In this document: in pieces, positions 1 to 9,867 of the stretch
Layout of the letters: every line of letters begins with the position of its first letter
Numbering within the stretch: the stretch's first letter is position 1
Made by a program: the position numbers and the translations under genes
NCBI GenBank assembly: GCA_963772365.1
Contig: CAVYXA010000001.1
Coordinates: forward strand, 1,280,001-1,344,000
DNA from: an uncultured Verrucomicrobiae bacterium
Lineage (GTDB): Bacteria > Verrucomicrobiota > Verrucomicrobiia > Chthoniobacterales > UBA10450
DNA length: 64,000 nucleotides
Direction: 5' to 3'
Notes under the pieces: model-generated
Told to the model about the DNA's origin: nothing
The model's database searches: none
The model's input: only the letters and a program-made list of their open reading frames with translations

Positions 1-1602
1 CTGGCTCGGCTCAAGACCTACTACATTCAGGACCAGAATCCGCTGATCAATCGCACTGCATTGCCTCGTGGTTCGGTTCCCACGGACCGTTACCGGGTGA
101 CCCTCGAGAACCGCACGAATTTTACTGATGACATCTATGCCATCGCCGACGTCACCAAGCTCAGCGACAAATACGTGATGCAGGATTTCTATCAGGGCGA
201 ATTCCGCCTCAATCCGGTTCCGGACAATGTCGTTGCTCTGACCAAAACCGATCCGTTTTTTTCCCTCACCACGATCACCCGATTTCAGGCCAACGACTTT
301 TTCGAAACGACCGAGCGTTTGCCAGAAGTCGCACTCGATATCAAACGCCATGCGCTGTTCGGCACCCCGATTTTCTACGAGGGCGAAAGCAGTTTTGCCG
401 ATTTGCGGCGGGAGTTTCCTACTGATTCAGGCTTCCAGAATTACGGCGCCATTCGCCTGGATACGTTTCATCAATTGTTGTATCCAAAAACGTATTTCGG
501 CTGGTTGTCGATTGTTCCGCGTGTTGGTTTTCGTGCCACGTATTATGATCAGACGCGGGACAGTGAATCTGAGAACGAGCGCCTGCTTCGAGAGGAGCAA
601 ATGTACATGCCCTTTCGGCTCTCCTTTACGCCAAGTGATAATCCGCTTGTTCCCGATTTTCTGCTGCCGAATCCGACCCTGCTGAAAGTCGCGCCATTCG
701 GAACTCCGCTTCATCCACGGTACGAGATTTTTCCCGGGCCGATCGATTTCGCAGGATCGACAATTCGAACGGTGTTCGACACTGGCGCGGAAGCTTCCTT
801 CAAGATCTCGCGGACCTGGGACGATGTGCAAAGTCGAGCAGCCGGTCTGGATGGATTGATGCACGTGATCCAGCCATTCACAGATTTTTCCTACGTTGCA
901 ACCAACCGGGACGATCCGTCCGAGATTCTGCAGTTCGATCGATTCGAACCTTCCACCCAATTGCGCACCATCGATTTTCCTCAATTCACCACCATTGATT
1001 CCATAGCCAGCTGGACAGTGTGGCGCGCTGGTGTGAGGAACCGGTTGGAAACCCGGCGGGACGACAAAACGATTACCTGGTTCGAACTGGACACGTTTAT
1101 GGATGTCAACTTCACCAATCCCTACGATCGCACACCTTATTCGAACCTATTTAATGACGTCACTTTTACGCCCCTGCCCTGGGTGAACTTCCGGGTCGAT
1201 TCGCAGGTGCCGGCATTCGATAAAGGTTTCACCGAGATAAACACCTACGTCGCATTTCAGCCTGCGGCGGATCTCCGGGTGACCTTCGGTCATCGATACT
1301 TGAATAATAATCCGTTCTTTCTGGACAGCAGTTTGTTCGTTGTGGGCGGTTATTACCGATTAGACGACAACTGGGGATTCGGGCTTCAGGAGCAATATGA
1401 AGAAAATACCGGCGTGCTGGAGCAGCAGCGATACGCAATCTATCGGGACTTGACGGACTGGGTCGCATCTCTGGGTATGGTCATTACCGATAATGCCGGC
1501 GTCAAAGACTATGGCGTGCTCTTCACTTTCACGCTGAAAGCTTTCCCGAAATTCGGTTTCGACTTGAACTTCGATCCCGGTGGCGCCGGTGAAAATCCAT
1601 GA
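1..1602 (+). CDS. lptD: LPS-assembly protein LptD-like outer-membrane beta-barrel (5'-partial)
   Basis: Frame is open from base 1; aromatic-rich beta-strand pattern with an LptD-like C-terminal half (HVIQPF, RNRLETRRD, YAIYRDLTDW, FTFTLKAFP). Confidence 0.75.
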   Translation: MARLKTYYIQDQNPLINRTALPRGSVPTDRYRVTLENRTNFTDDIYAIADVTKLSDKYVMQDFYQGEFRLNPVPDNVVALTKTDPFFSLTTITRFQANDFFETTERLPEVALDIKRHALFGTPIFYEGESSFADLRREFPTDSGFQNYGAIRLDTFHQLLYPKTYFGWLSIVPRVGFRATYYDQTRDSESENERLLREEQMYMPFRLSFTPSDNPLVPDFLLPNPTLLKVAPFGTPLHPRYEIFPGPIDFAGSTIRTVFDTGAEASFKISRTWDDVQSRAAGLDGLMHVIQPFTDFSYVATNRDDPSEILQFDRFEPSTQLRTIDFPQFTTIDSIASWTVWRAGVRNRLETRRDDKTITWFELDTFMDVNFTNPYDRTPYSNLFNDVTFTPLPWVNFRVDSQVPAFDKGFTEINTYVAFQPAADLRVTFGHRYLNNNPFFLDSSLFVVGGYYRLDDNWGFGLQEQYEENTGVLEQQRYAIYRDLTDWVASLGMVITDNAGVKDYGVLFTFTLKAFPKFGFDLNFDPGGAGENP

Positions 1603-1684
1603 GCGCGGTGGTCCAAATCGCGCTATCATTTCCGCTTCTGCGCCGGTCCTGCTAGCAGGATTAAAACCCACGGGCATCTCAACT

Positions 1685-2998
1685 ATGGACATTTCTATTA
1701 TTGGTTCCGGCTACGTTGGTCTCGTCACGGGAGCCTGCTTCGCCGAGGTAGGCCATAACGTAGTTTGCGTCGATAATGATGCCCGCAAGATCGAGACTTT
1801 GCAGGCCGGCAAAGTTCCGATCTATGAGCCCGGGCTCGAGGAATTGATTCATCGCAATGTTTCCGCTCACCGGTTGCGATTCACTGGAAGCATCAAGGAA
1901 GGAGTAGATAATTCCCAGGTTGTTTTCATTGCCGTTCCTACCCCGCAACAGCCGAATGGCGATGTCGATCTTAGCTTCATCGAAAAAGTCGCCCGCGAAA
2001 TCGCCGGCGTCTTGACCAGCTATCGGGTGATTGTCGATAAAAGCACCGTTCCGGTGAAAACCGGCGAGAAAGTCGCCGAGTCGATTCGGCGTTACAATCG
2101 GCACGGCGCCAAGTTCGATGTGGTGAGTAATCCGGAGTTTCTGCGGGAAGGGTGCGCAGTGAACGATCTGATGCATCCCGACCGAATCGTGATCGGCGCA
2201 CAAAGCGAGCATGCTGTCGATCTGATGAAGAAAATTTACGAGCCGTTCATGGCTCCGATTCTCGTTACCGATGTCAATAGTGCCGAGCTGATCAAGCACG
2301 CGGCTAATTCTTTTCTGGCCTTGAAGATTTCTTACATCAACGCCGTTTCCGTTATTTGTGAAGCCAGCGGTGCTGACGTGGAAAAAGTTGCCGATGGGAT
2401 TGGGATGGATCGCCGGATTGGCCGCGCATTTCTCAACGCCGGCATCGGATATGGCGGCTCCTGTTTCCCGAAAGATCTAGCCGCGTTCATCGCCATTAGC
2501 GAGCAATTGGGAGTTCCATTTGATCTGCTCAAAGAAGTGCAGCGGATCAACACTGCGCAAAAACAGCGCTTCCTGAAAGCGGTCCGGGACACACTTTGGG
2601 TTTTACGAGAAAAGAAGATCGCCGTCTGGGGTCTCACCTTCAAACCGGATACGGACGATATTCGCTCGTCGGTTGCGATCGATCTGGTGGCCGACCTTTT
2701 ACGGGAAGGCGCGCAGGTCAGCGCCTATGATCCAAAAGGAATGGAAAAAGCGGGGCAGGTAAAAGCGATCGCGGATGCCAGATTGACCGACTCCGCTCTG
2801 GAAGCTGTCGATGGCGCTGAAGCGCTGATCATTGCCACGGAATGGAAGGACTTCGCCGATGTCGATCTTACGGTGGTTAAGAAACGCATGACCACGCCGA
2901 TTGTGTTTGATGGGCGAAATCTTTTCGATCCCGAAACCATGGCCCAATTGGGCTTCCAATATCATTCGATTGGACGCCCAACTGTGAAGCCGCAGTAG
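1685..2998 (+). CDS. ugd: UDP-glucose/GDP-mannose 6-dehydrogenase
   Basis: IIGSGYVGL Rossmann motif, SNPEFLREG, catalytic GYGGSCFPKD, GLTFKPDTDDIR; ATG at 1685. Confidence 0.95.
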   Translation: MDISIIGSGYVGLVTGACFAEVGHNVVCVDNDARKIETLQAGKVPIYEPGLEELIHRNVSAHRLRFTGSIKEGVDNSQVVFIAVPTPQQPNGDVDLSFIEKVAREIAGVLTSYRVIVDKSTVPVKTGEKVAESIRRYNRHGAKFDVVSNPEFLREGCAVNDLMHPDRIVIGAQSEHAVDLMKKIYEPFMAPILVTDVNSAELIKHAANSFLALKISYINAVSVICEASGADVEKVADGIGMDRRIGRAFLNAGIGYGGSCFPKDLAAFIAISEQLGVPFDLLKEVQRINTAQKQRFLKAVRDTLWVLREKKIAVWGLTFKPDTDDIRSSVAIDLVADLLREGAQVSAYDPKGMEKAGQVKAIADARLTDSALEAVDGAEALIIATEWKDFADVDLTVVKKRMTTPIVFDGRNLFDPETMAQLGFQYHSIGRPTVKPQ

Positions 2999-3010
2999 AA
3001 ACGACTCGGC

Positions 3011-4264
3011 ATGCCACAGCTCTCCGCCCGTCGAGCCGCGGTGAGAGCGTTGCAGAAATGGCGGAGCCAAACCCGCTTCGCCGATTCCATCATTTCCGAG
3101 CTGCTCGCCGACGCCGACTTGAGTGCGTCAGATCGCGGGTTTGCCCTGGAATTATTCTACGGCGTCCTGCGCAACCTGAGTTTGCTCGATTTTTGGACTG
3201 ATTGTCTTCGGCCGTCGCCGGTCGATGTCGATCTTCGCGACATTCTGCGACTCGGCTTCTATCAGCTCTTTTGCCTCAAAACTCCCCCGCACGCAGGAGT
3301 CAACGAGACCGTGAATCTTGCTCCCAAGCGTGGACGCGCGCTGATCAACGGAATCCTTCGCGCAGCCGTGCGGCAACAGGATGAACTGCAGGCCCGGGCA
3401 AGAACTCAGCCGCTCTTCATTCGACTGTCGCATCCGCAATTTCTATTTTCGCGATGGCAGCAGCATTTCGGGACGGAACAAGCCGAACAGTTGTGCACAT
3501 GGAACAACAAAGCGCCTGCGGTTTATGGGCGAATCAATCTGCTGAAAATTGACCGGGACGCATTCCTGCGACGATATCCGCATTCGAAGCCGGTCACCAA
3601 TTATCCTGGTTTTGTCGAGTTCGATATCTTTCCAGTGGAAGCGCTGGATCACGGCCATTGCTACATTCAGGATCCGAGCAGCGCCATCGCCTCCCACCTC
3701 GTCGATCCTCAGCCGGGCGAAAAAATTCTCGATGCTTGCGCGGCTCCAGGTGGGAAGACGAATCACCTCGCAGAACTTATGAAAAATCAGGGAACAATCG
3801 TCGCATGCGATCGCGATCCGGAGCGGGTTCGTGTATTGCAGGCAAACTGCGCCCGTCTGGGAATCGACGTCGCGCAGATCTTTCGCTACGACTGGGAGAA
3901 TGATGATTCCGATCAAATAGCCGGCCTTGGTCCATTTGACCGGATACTGGTTGATGCGCCGTGCAGCAACACAGGCGTGATGCGACGGCGGGTCGACGTG
4001 CGATGGCGATTGCAGCCGTCTGACTTCGTCCACATGCAAAAAAGACAACTAGCGATTGTTCGCGCAGTTTTGCCGCTGCTGAAGCGTGGCGGCGCCCTCG
4101 TTTACAGCACCTGCAGCCTCGAACCAGAAGAAAACGAAGAAGTCGTCAGTCATCTTCTCCACGAATTGTCGATCCTCGAATTGAAAGAGGAGAAACGCTT
4201 CCTTCCTTTTCGGGACGGATTCGACGGAGCATTTGCGGCGAAATTGATGCTCAGAATTTCGTGA
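3011..4264 (+). CDS. rsmB: 16S rRNA m5C967 methyltransferase (RsmB/Sun)
   Basis: NusB-like N-terminus, DACAAPGGKT, ILVDAPCS, YSTCSLEPEENE. Confidence 0.92.
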   Translation: MPQLSARRAAVRALQKWRSQTRFADSIISELLADADLSASDRGFALELFYGVLRNLSLLDFWTDCLRPSPVDVDLRDILRLGFYQLFCLKTPPHAGVNETVNLAPKRGRALINGILRAAVRQQDELQARARTQPLFIRLSHPQFLFSRWQQHFGTEQAEQLCTWNNKAPAVYGRINLLKIDRDAFLRRYPHSKPVTNYPGFVEFDIFPVEALDHGHCYIQDPSSAIASHLVDPQPGEKILDACAAPGGKTNHLAELMKNQGTIVACDRDPERVRVLQANCARLGIDVAQIFRYDWENDDSDQIAGLGPFDRILVDAPCSNTGVMRRRVDVRWRLQPSDFVHMQKRQLAIVRAVLPLLKRGGALVYSTCSLEPEENEEVVSHLLHELSILELKEEKRFLPFRDGFDGAFAAKLMLRIS

Positions 4265-4305
4265 TTAGTTGCATCTGATTTCACTAATGGAATCGTAGCA
4301 TTTCT

Positions 4306-5406
4306 ATGCATGACCCCAGATTTGATAAGCTCGCCAAGGTTCTCGTCGAATATTCCACGCGCCTCCAGCGGAACGAAAACGTCCTGATCGAATCGTTTGA
4401 TATTCCGGACGAAATGACAATCGCTCTGATTCGCGCTTCTCGAAATGCAGGTGCGGTCCCATTCGTTCAAATCCATCGCGGTCGTGTCAGCCGCGCATTG
4501 GCGCTGGACGCAACGGAGCGTCAACTGAGTTTCGCAGCGCGACATGAGCTGGCGCGGATGAAAAAAATGGACGCTTACATCGCCGTTCGCGGCAGTGATA
4601 ACATCACTGAGCTGTCCGATGTGCCAGTGGACAAAATGAAATTGGTTGCGAAAAAGATGCGGCCGGTCATGGACGAACGAGTTAAGAAAACCAAATGGGT
4701 GGTGTTGCGCTGGCCGACGCCCTCGATGGCGCAACTGGCAGGGATGAGCACGGAAGCATTCGAAGATTTTTATTTCGATGTTTGCACACTCGATTATCGA
4801 AAACTGCAGCCCGGCATGAAGGCGCTCAAATCGCTAATGCAGAAAACCGATCGCGTCGAAGTGAAAGGACCCGGGACCGATCTGCGATTCAGCATCAAGG
4901 GGATCAATGCCGTAATGTGCGGCGGCGATCGCAATATTCCTGACGGCGAGGTTTTCAGCTGCCCCGTGAAGGATTCCGTTCAGGGACACGTTACTTTCAA
5001 TGCGCCGAGCATTTATCAGGGGACGGGATTTGATGGAGTCCGTCTGAAATTCCGAGACGGCAAAATTGTCGATGCTAGCAGCAACGAAACCAAGAAGCTG
5101 AACAAGATTCTCGATTCGGATCCGGGTGCGCGTTACATCGGCGAATTTTCGCTGGGATTTAATCCGCGAATCTTGCAGCCGATGCGGGATATTCTGTTCG
5201 ACGAAAAAATCGCCGGCTCATTTCATTTCACACCAGGTCAGGCTTATGAAGAGGCCGATAATGGAAATCGCAGCCAAGTCCATTGGGACATGGTTAATAT
5301 CCAGCGGCCGGAATACGGCGGCGGCGAGATTTATTTTGATGGGAAACTGATTCGGCGCGATGGCGAGTTTGTGCCGAAACAGTTGCGATCGCTGAATCGC
5401 AAGTAG
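4306..5406 (+). CDS. Aminopeptidase, M29 (AmpS/AmpT) family
   Basis: [37 protein letters not shown] motifs. Confidence 0.92.
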   Translation: MHDPRFDKLAKVLVEYSTRLQRNENVLIESFDIPDEMTIALIRASRNAGAVPFVQIHRGRVSRALALDATERQLSFAARHELARMKKMDAYIAVRGSDNITELSDVPVDKMKLVAKKMRPVMDERVKKTKWVVLRWPTPSMAQLAGMSTEAFEDFYFDVCTLDYRKLQPGMKALKSLMQKTDRVEVKGPGTDLRFSIKGINAVMCGGDRNIPDGEVFSCPVKDSVQGHVTFNAPSIYQGTGFDGVRLKFRDGKIVDASSNETKKLNKILDSDPGARYIGEFSLGFNPRILQPMRDILFDEKIAGSFHFTPGQAYEEADNGNRSQVHWDMVNIQRPEYGGGEIYFDGKLIRRDGEFVPKQLRSLNRK

Positions 5407-5438
5407 TTCAGTTCGATCTATCGGCAACAGATAGAAAA

Positions 5439-5463
5439 TAGGGGAAGCTGTTAGCTTCCCCTA
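5439..5463. terminator. Probable bidirectional intrinsic terminator
   Basis: Perfect 11-bp stem TAGGGGAAGCT-gtt-AGCTTCCCCTA between convergent genes. Confidence 0.7.
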
Positions 5464-5494
5464 CAGAGAACGAGAGATATTGCGCAGATCTCTC

Positions 5495-8400
5495 TTAGCC
5501 GCGACGACCGCCCAACAAGTTGAGCTGCATCATCCCGATGTCACCGCTGCCGGTCAGTTGCAGATTCGCAATCTCGAACATCGGAGCGCCTTCGCCCGCG
5601 GGAGCCGGACCGGGCAGCTGGACGAGCACCTGCTTCGAATTCGATGAAAGCGCGATGGACGCGATCTCAAACGAGGGTGAAAACTCGACGGTCGAAATCT
5701 GAAATGGCGCGGTCACCAGAACCGAAGCCGCTTGACCGGATGGAGTGAGTTGCACGGGTGCGGACTCGAAATTCGGAACAAGCTGCAGCCCGGCAACAGT
5801 GAATGACGGCGTGCCGGTGGGCGTTGGACGCTGCTGTTGAGACGGCGTCAGCCGAATATTGCCGAGCGCTCCTCCCGTGGGCTGAATCTTCGCAATCTCA
5901 AATGTCACCTGCAGATTCATCCCGGGTTGTGGCTGTTGCGATGGCGCCAGGCGCATGGTGACGATCTTCGAGGTCGGCCGCACTTGCAGCGCGCCCATCT
6001 TGAAGTTGGGCGTCAATTGCATCGAGGCGATCTCGAAAGTGAACGTAAGTTGCACAGCTGTGTGCATCGCGCCTGCCGGTTGAGGTCCGGCGCCAGGCGC
6101 TGAAGTTGGTCTAACGGTTGGGATTTGGATCGGTTCAGGCATGGTTACAGGTGTTGTTGTTTGGACTAAAGATTCGGACGGCTCGATGATACTCGTTTTA
6201 AACGACTGACTGTCAACTGCCGGTTCGACTGAGGAAACTTCCGGCCACGCCGGCATTTGATTTGGAATTGGTTGTCCCTGCCCAACGGGTTCCACTTCCG
6301 TTTCAGCGACGGCTTCTGCTTCGAGTTCAGGCTCAGCCTCGGCGATCACCTCGGGCTCCGCGATCGATTCCGGCTCGACAACGGGAGCTTTCATCGTCGA
6401 CTCAGCTGTCACCGGTTCAGAAATTGCCGCGTCGAAGATTGGTTCCTCCGAAATCGATTCGAAAGCCGGAGATGCCGCGAATGCCGTCGCGGCTGGAACT
6501 TCGCCAGGCCAAATTGCTGGTTCCAAAGCTTCCGAAGCGGCCGGCATTGTCGGTTCGGTTTTCTGCTCGATTTTCGATTCCGCAATCTGCGGCCCCTGCT
6601 CGATCACTGGTCCAACAGATTCGGCAATCGGCGATTCAAATACCGAGCTTATGGGCTCGCTCACCGCCTCAATGACTTGCGGTTCGCCAACTGCGGATGT
6701 CGGCGCTTTGAAAGCGACCTGCTCTGATGCGCGTCGTACCATAGGTTCGGCAGTTCCTGCCACAGCCGCTTCAGCACCATTCGGACCACGATGAGGTTTG
6801 CCCGAAGGCATTGTTGCCCGCCGCAGAGAAGGCTCTGAAGCTTTCAACTGCAATGAAATCTGGCGCGGACCGCCGTTGAGCCGCCGTGAAACGGCGGGGC
6901 CTGTTTCCGTGGGAGCAACGGTTAATGACGGAACGCTTGGTCCACCCGCCGCCGCAGTCTGGCGGAAAAGCGGAACCTGGGGTACACCCCGCTGACGCAT
7001 CAACCGCAAACCCCCAGCGATCAGGAACATTGCGGCCACCAAAAGCCCACCGATGATCCACGTTCGTGGAGCGGCGAAGCGGGTTTTCTCGGCGGCGGTC
7101 GCTTTTGGCGCTTCACTGACGTGAGCAGGGGCGAGTGCAGTTACAGGGGTCGAAGCAACCGTCGGTGCGGATTGAGCAACCGCGGGCTGTGTGGCTTCCG
7201 TCGCGGGCGAAGTCAGAGCCGCCACCGATGGGGCCGGCGAAGATTCGGCCACGACCGGCGTCGTCTCAACTGTCGGCGATAAAGTGGGCGCCGGCGCCGC
7301 CGGCACTTGTTCCGGCGTAGCGGGAGTTCCAGCAGCAATCGTAGCAGCGGCGGTTCCAGCAGGAGAGGCAGCCGCTTCAGCAACGTTGGCCTCTTTCCAA
7401 TTAACGAATGGACTCGCCGCCGGTGAAGAAGCGGCAATAGATTCTGGTTTGGATTCGGATTTCGGTTCCGCCGCGCTTTCAGCAGCAAGTTCCGTCTTCG
7501 TTTCCTTCGGCTGTTTAGCCGATGCCAATGCCGTGCCGGGGATCGGGCTCGGTTCGATTGCCGGACTGGCCTCGGTTGGTGCCGACATTACCGTGGCCGC
7601 TTCAGCAGCCGGAGCAGGTCCCCCTGCAATTGCTGGACTCTGCATCCACCCGAGATCGTAAAATGAATCCGCGAAAACATTATTCAGAGCGGAGGAATAA
7701 ATCTTCTTCGCTGAGGCGACCCAGTCGTTCGCCTTATCCGCGTTGTTATGCTTAAACTCCCAGGCCGCTTGGGCATAATAAAGAGCCGGCGTATCGCCAG
7801 TGAACTGAAACTGCTCCATCAATTTTTGCGCCCGGCTATCCTTGCCCTCGAGCAGGTAGGTCATGAAAACCTTGAACTTCAGGATCTGTGAAGCCTGGTT
7901 CTTGTCGCCGCCCGGTGTTTGTTTCAACAGCGTCTCGAATCGATCTCGCGCCGTGTCGTAATCCTTCTTTTTGAATGGAATTTGAGCCAGGCTGTATTGC
8001 GCCTCGCGGAATTTCGGATCGACCTTCAGTGCATTTTTGAATGCCTGGTCGGCTTCTTCGAATTGCTTCTGCTCCATCAAAATCTCGCCCCGCAGAGTCA
8101 ACGTTGCAGGCTGATTTGGCTCGGCTGCATCAGCTTCATCGACAAATTTGCGCGCCGTATCCAGATCCCGCTGCTGGAAAGCCTGCTGCGCCTGTTCGAA
8201 TCGGGAATGAGCAAACGACTTTGTCTTTTCGGTTCGTTCCGCTGCTGTGGTTAACGGCATGGAAGCCCGCGGCTCACCGGCCGGCTTCTGCAACCATCCC
8301 ACTTCATACAGCGATTCGGCGAAGAGCTTGTTCAACTGCGGAGAAAAATTCTTTTCCGCCGTAGCCATCCAATCTTTGGCTTTCTGCTCGTCCTTGTGCT

Positions 8401-8944
8401 GAAAAGCAATCGCCACATTCGAATAATGAACCGCCGGCGTGTCGGGCGATAATTCGAACTTGGCCAGGATGGAATCGACCATGTTCTCTTTTCCCTCGAG
8501 CAGATAAGTCAGCAAAATTTTGTATTGAATGAGCTGCGCCGCCTCGCCTTCCAGATCGGAGACATTACTGGAAAGCAAATTCTGGAAGCGCTCGCGAGCT
8601 TGCGCCCAGTCCTTTTTCAAAAATGGGATCTCGGCCAGATTGAATCGCGCATTCCAAAACTTCGGATCGATCTTGACCGCTTCCTGCAAAGCCGTTTGCG
8701 CCTCTTCGTATTTGCCTTCGCGCATTAAAATCACACCCCGCAGGTTGTGCGATTCCGCCACATCCGGTTGACGAGCATCAATTTCGTCGAGTTGCTTGAG
8801 GGCTTCGGAATAATTGTTCCCGTCAAATTCGCGGAACGCCTTGCTATACATTGCCTCCAGCTCGGCTTTTGAGGGCGCCACATTACTGGCTGCGAAGGAA
8901 CTGAAAACCAAAACCATTACCGCCGCGATTTTCCGAATCTTCAT
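5495..8944 (-). CDS. Large TPR-repeat membrane protein: signal peptide, duplicated TPR module, Pro/Ala linker, one TM helix, acidic linker, repeated C-terminal domain
   Basis: MKIRKIAAVMVLVF signal-like start at 8944; two alignable ~190-aa helical modules; TM WIIGGLLVAAMFLIAGGL. Confidence 0.8.
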   Translation of the reverse strand: MKIRKIAAVMVLVFSSFAASNVAPSKAELEAMYSKAFREFDGNNYSEALKQLDEIDARQPDVAESHNLRGVILMREGKYEEAQTALQEAVKIDPKFWNARFNLAEIPFLKKDWAQARERFQNLLSSNVSDLEGEAAQLIQYKILLTYLLEGKENMVDSILAKFELSPDTPAVHYSNVAIAFQHKDEQKAKDWMATAEKNFSPQLNKLFAESLYEVGWLQKPAGEPRASMPLTTAAERTEKTKSFAHSRFEQAQQAFQQRDLDTARKFVDEADAAEPNQPATLTLRGEILMEQKQFEEADQAFKNALKVDPKFREAQYSLAQIPFKKKDYDTARDRFETLLKQTPGGDKNQASQILKFKVFMTYLLEGKDSRAQKLMEQFQFTGDTPALYYAQAAWEFKHNNADKANDWVASAKKIYSSALNNVFADSFYDLGWMQSPAIAGGPAPAAEAATVMSAPTEASPAIEPSPIPGTALASAKQPKETKTELAAESAAEPKSESKPESIAASSPAASPFVNWKEANVAEAAASPAGTAAATIAAGTPATPEQVPAAPAPTLSPTVETTPVVAESSPAPSVAALTSPATEATQPAVAQSAPTVASTPVTALAPAHVSEAPKATAAEKTRFAAPRTWIIGGLLVAAMFLIAGGLRLMRQRGVPQVPLFRQTAAAGGPSVPSLTVAPTETGPAVSRRLNGGPRQISLQLKASEPSLRRATMPSGKPHRGPNGAEAAVAGTAEPMVRRASEQVAFKAPTSAVGEPQVIEAVSEPISSVFESPIAESVGPVIEQGPQIAESKIEQKTEPTMPAASEALEPAIWPGEVPAATAFAASPAFESISEEPIFDAAISEPVTAESTMKAPVVEPESIAEPEVIAEAEPELEAEAVAETEVEPVGQGQPIPNQMPAWPEVSSVEPAVDSQSFKTSIIEPSESLVQTTTPVTMPEPIQIPTVRPTSAPGAGPQPAGAMHTAVQLTFTFEIASMQLTPNFKMGALQVRPTSKIVTMRLAPSQQPQPGMNLQVTFEIAKIQPTGGALGNIRLTPSQQQRPTPTGTPSFTVAGLQLVPNFESAPVQLTPSGQAASVLVTAPFQISTVEFSPSFEIASIALSSNSKQVLVQLPGPAPAGEGAPMFEIANLQLTGSGDIGMMQLNLLGGRRG

Positions 8945-9083
8945 AGGATGTTGATTAGAATCAATTCGTCTGATCCGTGACAAGCCTAAATTTCAGCAAT
9001 CGCCGGCCACAAATTCGGCCCATTATAATAGCAGAAAATCGACCGGCAACTTTTTACTGCAGCGCTGGAATATCGACAACTGT

Positions 9084-9830
9084 TTACGAATTGAGATTCG
9101 CAATGATCCGCAGGCCTTCCAGCGTTAGCTTCGGGTCAATGGCATCGATCTCGCGTAATTTCGTGGCCAGCAATTTCGCATAACCGCCGGTCGCCACCAC
9201 GTGCACTTTTTCTTTTGGAAACTGTTCGGTTTTAACACGAGCGATGATCTCGCGCACTAAACCGCGATAACCGATTACCGCCCCCGACCGCATGGCTTCG
9301 ATTGTCGATCTTCCCACGGCGCGTCTCGGCTCGCGTAAGGTCAATCTCGGCAGCAACGCCGTGCGGTGATACAGAAAATTCGTCATTGCTTCCAAGCCGG
9401 GCGCGATCACTCCACCAATGTATTTTCTTTGATTCGAGACAATGTCGAAAGTCACCGCCGTTCCGAAATCGACCACGATGGCTGGACAACCATAAAGCGC
9501 CCCCACCGCTGCCGCGTTCGCCAAACGATCGGCTCCAATCTTTTCCGGCGCCGGATAATCAATGCCGACACCCAATTTGGTTTTCGAATTTAACGAAAGC
9601 ACTTTCGTTTTTCCCGCCGCTTTTCGAATCAGACGATTTTTCTTCGGGACCACCGAGGAAAAAACAATCAGCTCTATCTTTCGTTTTCCCAGGACGCGGT
9701 GAACGAATTTGGCCGTGAGTTGCGGCGTGCTGATCCGAATCTGCCGGGCAATTCGAGTTCGCGAAGCCAACGCGAGCTTCGTAAACGAATTGCTGATATC
9801 GATCAAAAGATAGTTCGTCACGCGAGCCAT
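9084..9830 (-). CDS. coaX: Type III pantothenate kinase
   Basis: IDISNSFTK, IGADRLAN, VVDFGTAVTFD, GGVIAPG, VVATGG. Confidence 0.93.
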   Translation of the reverse strand: MARVTNYLLIDISNSFTKLALASRTRIARQIRISTPQLTAKFVHRVLGKRKIELIVFSSVVPKKNRLIRKAAGKTKVLSLNSKTKLGVGIDYPAPEKIGADRLANAAAVGALYGCPAIVVDFGTAVTFDIVSNQRKYIGGVIAPGLEAMTNFLYHRTALLPRLTLREPRRAVGRSTIEAMRSGAVIGYRGLVREIIARVKTEQFPKEKVHVVATGGYAKLLATKLREIDAIDPKLTLEGLRIIANLNS

Positions 9831-9867
9831 GCTTGCGAGAGTTTAGCCACATGCGTAGCCTCGTCCC

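Noticed and set aside
540..770. Pro-rich stretch in LptD as an inserted element
   Set aside because: No flanking IR or repeat similarity was seen; probably a variable extracellular loop.
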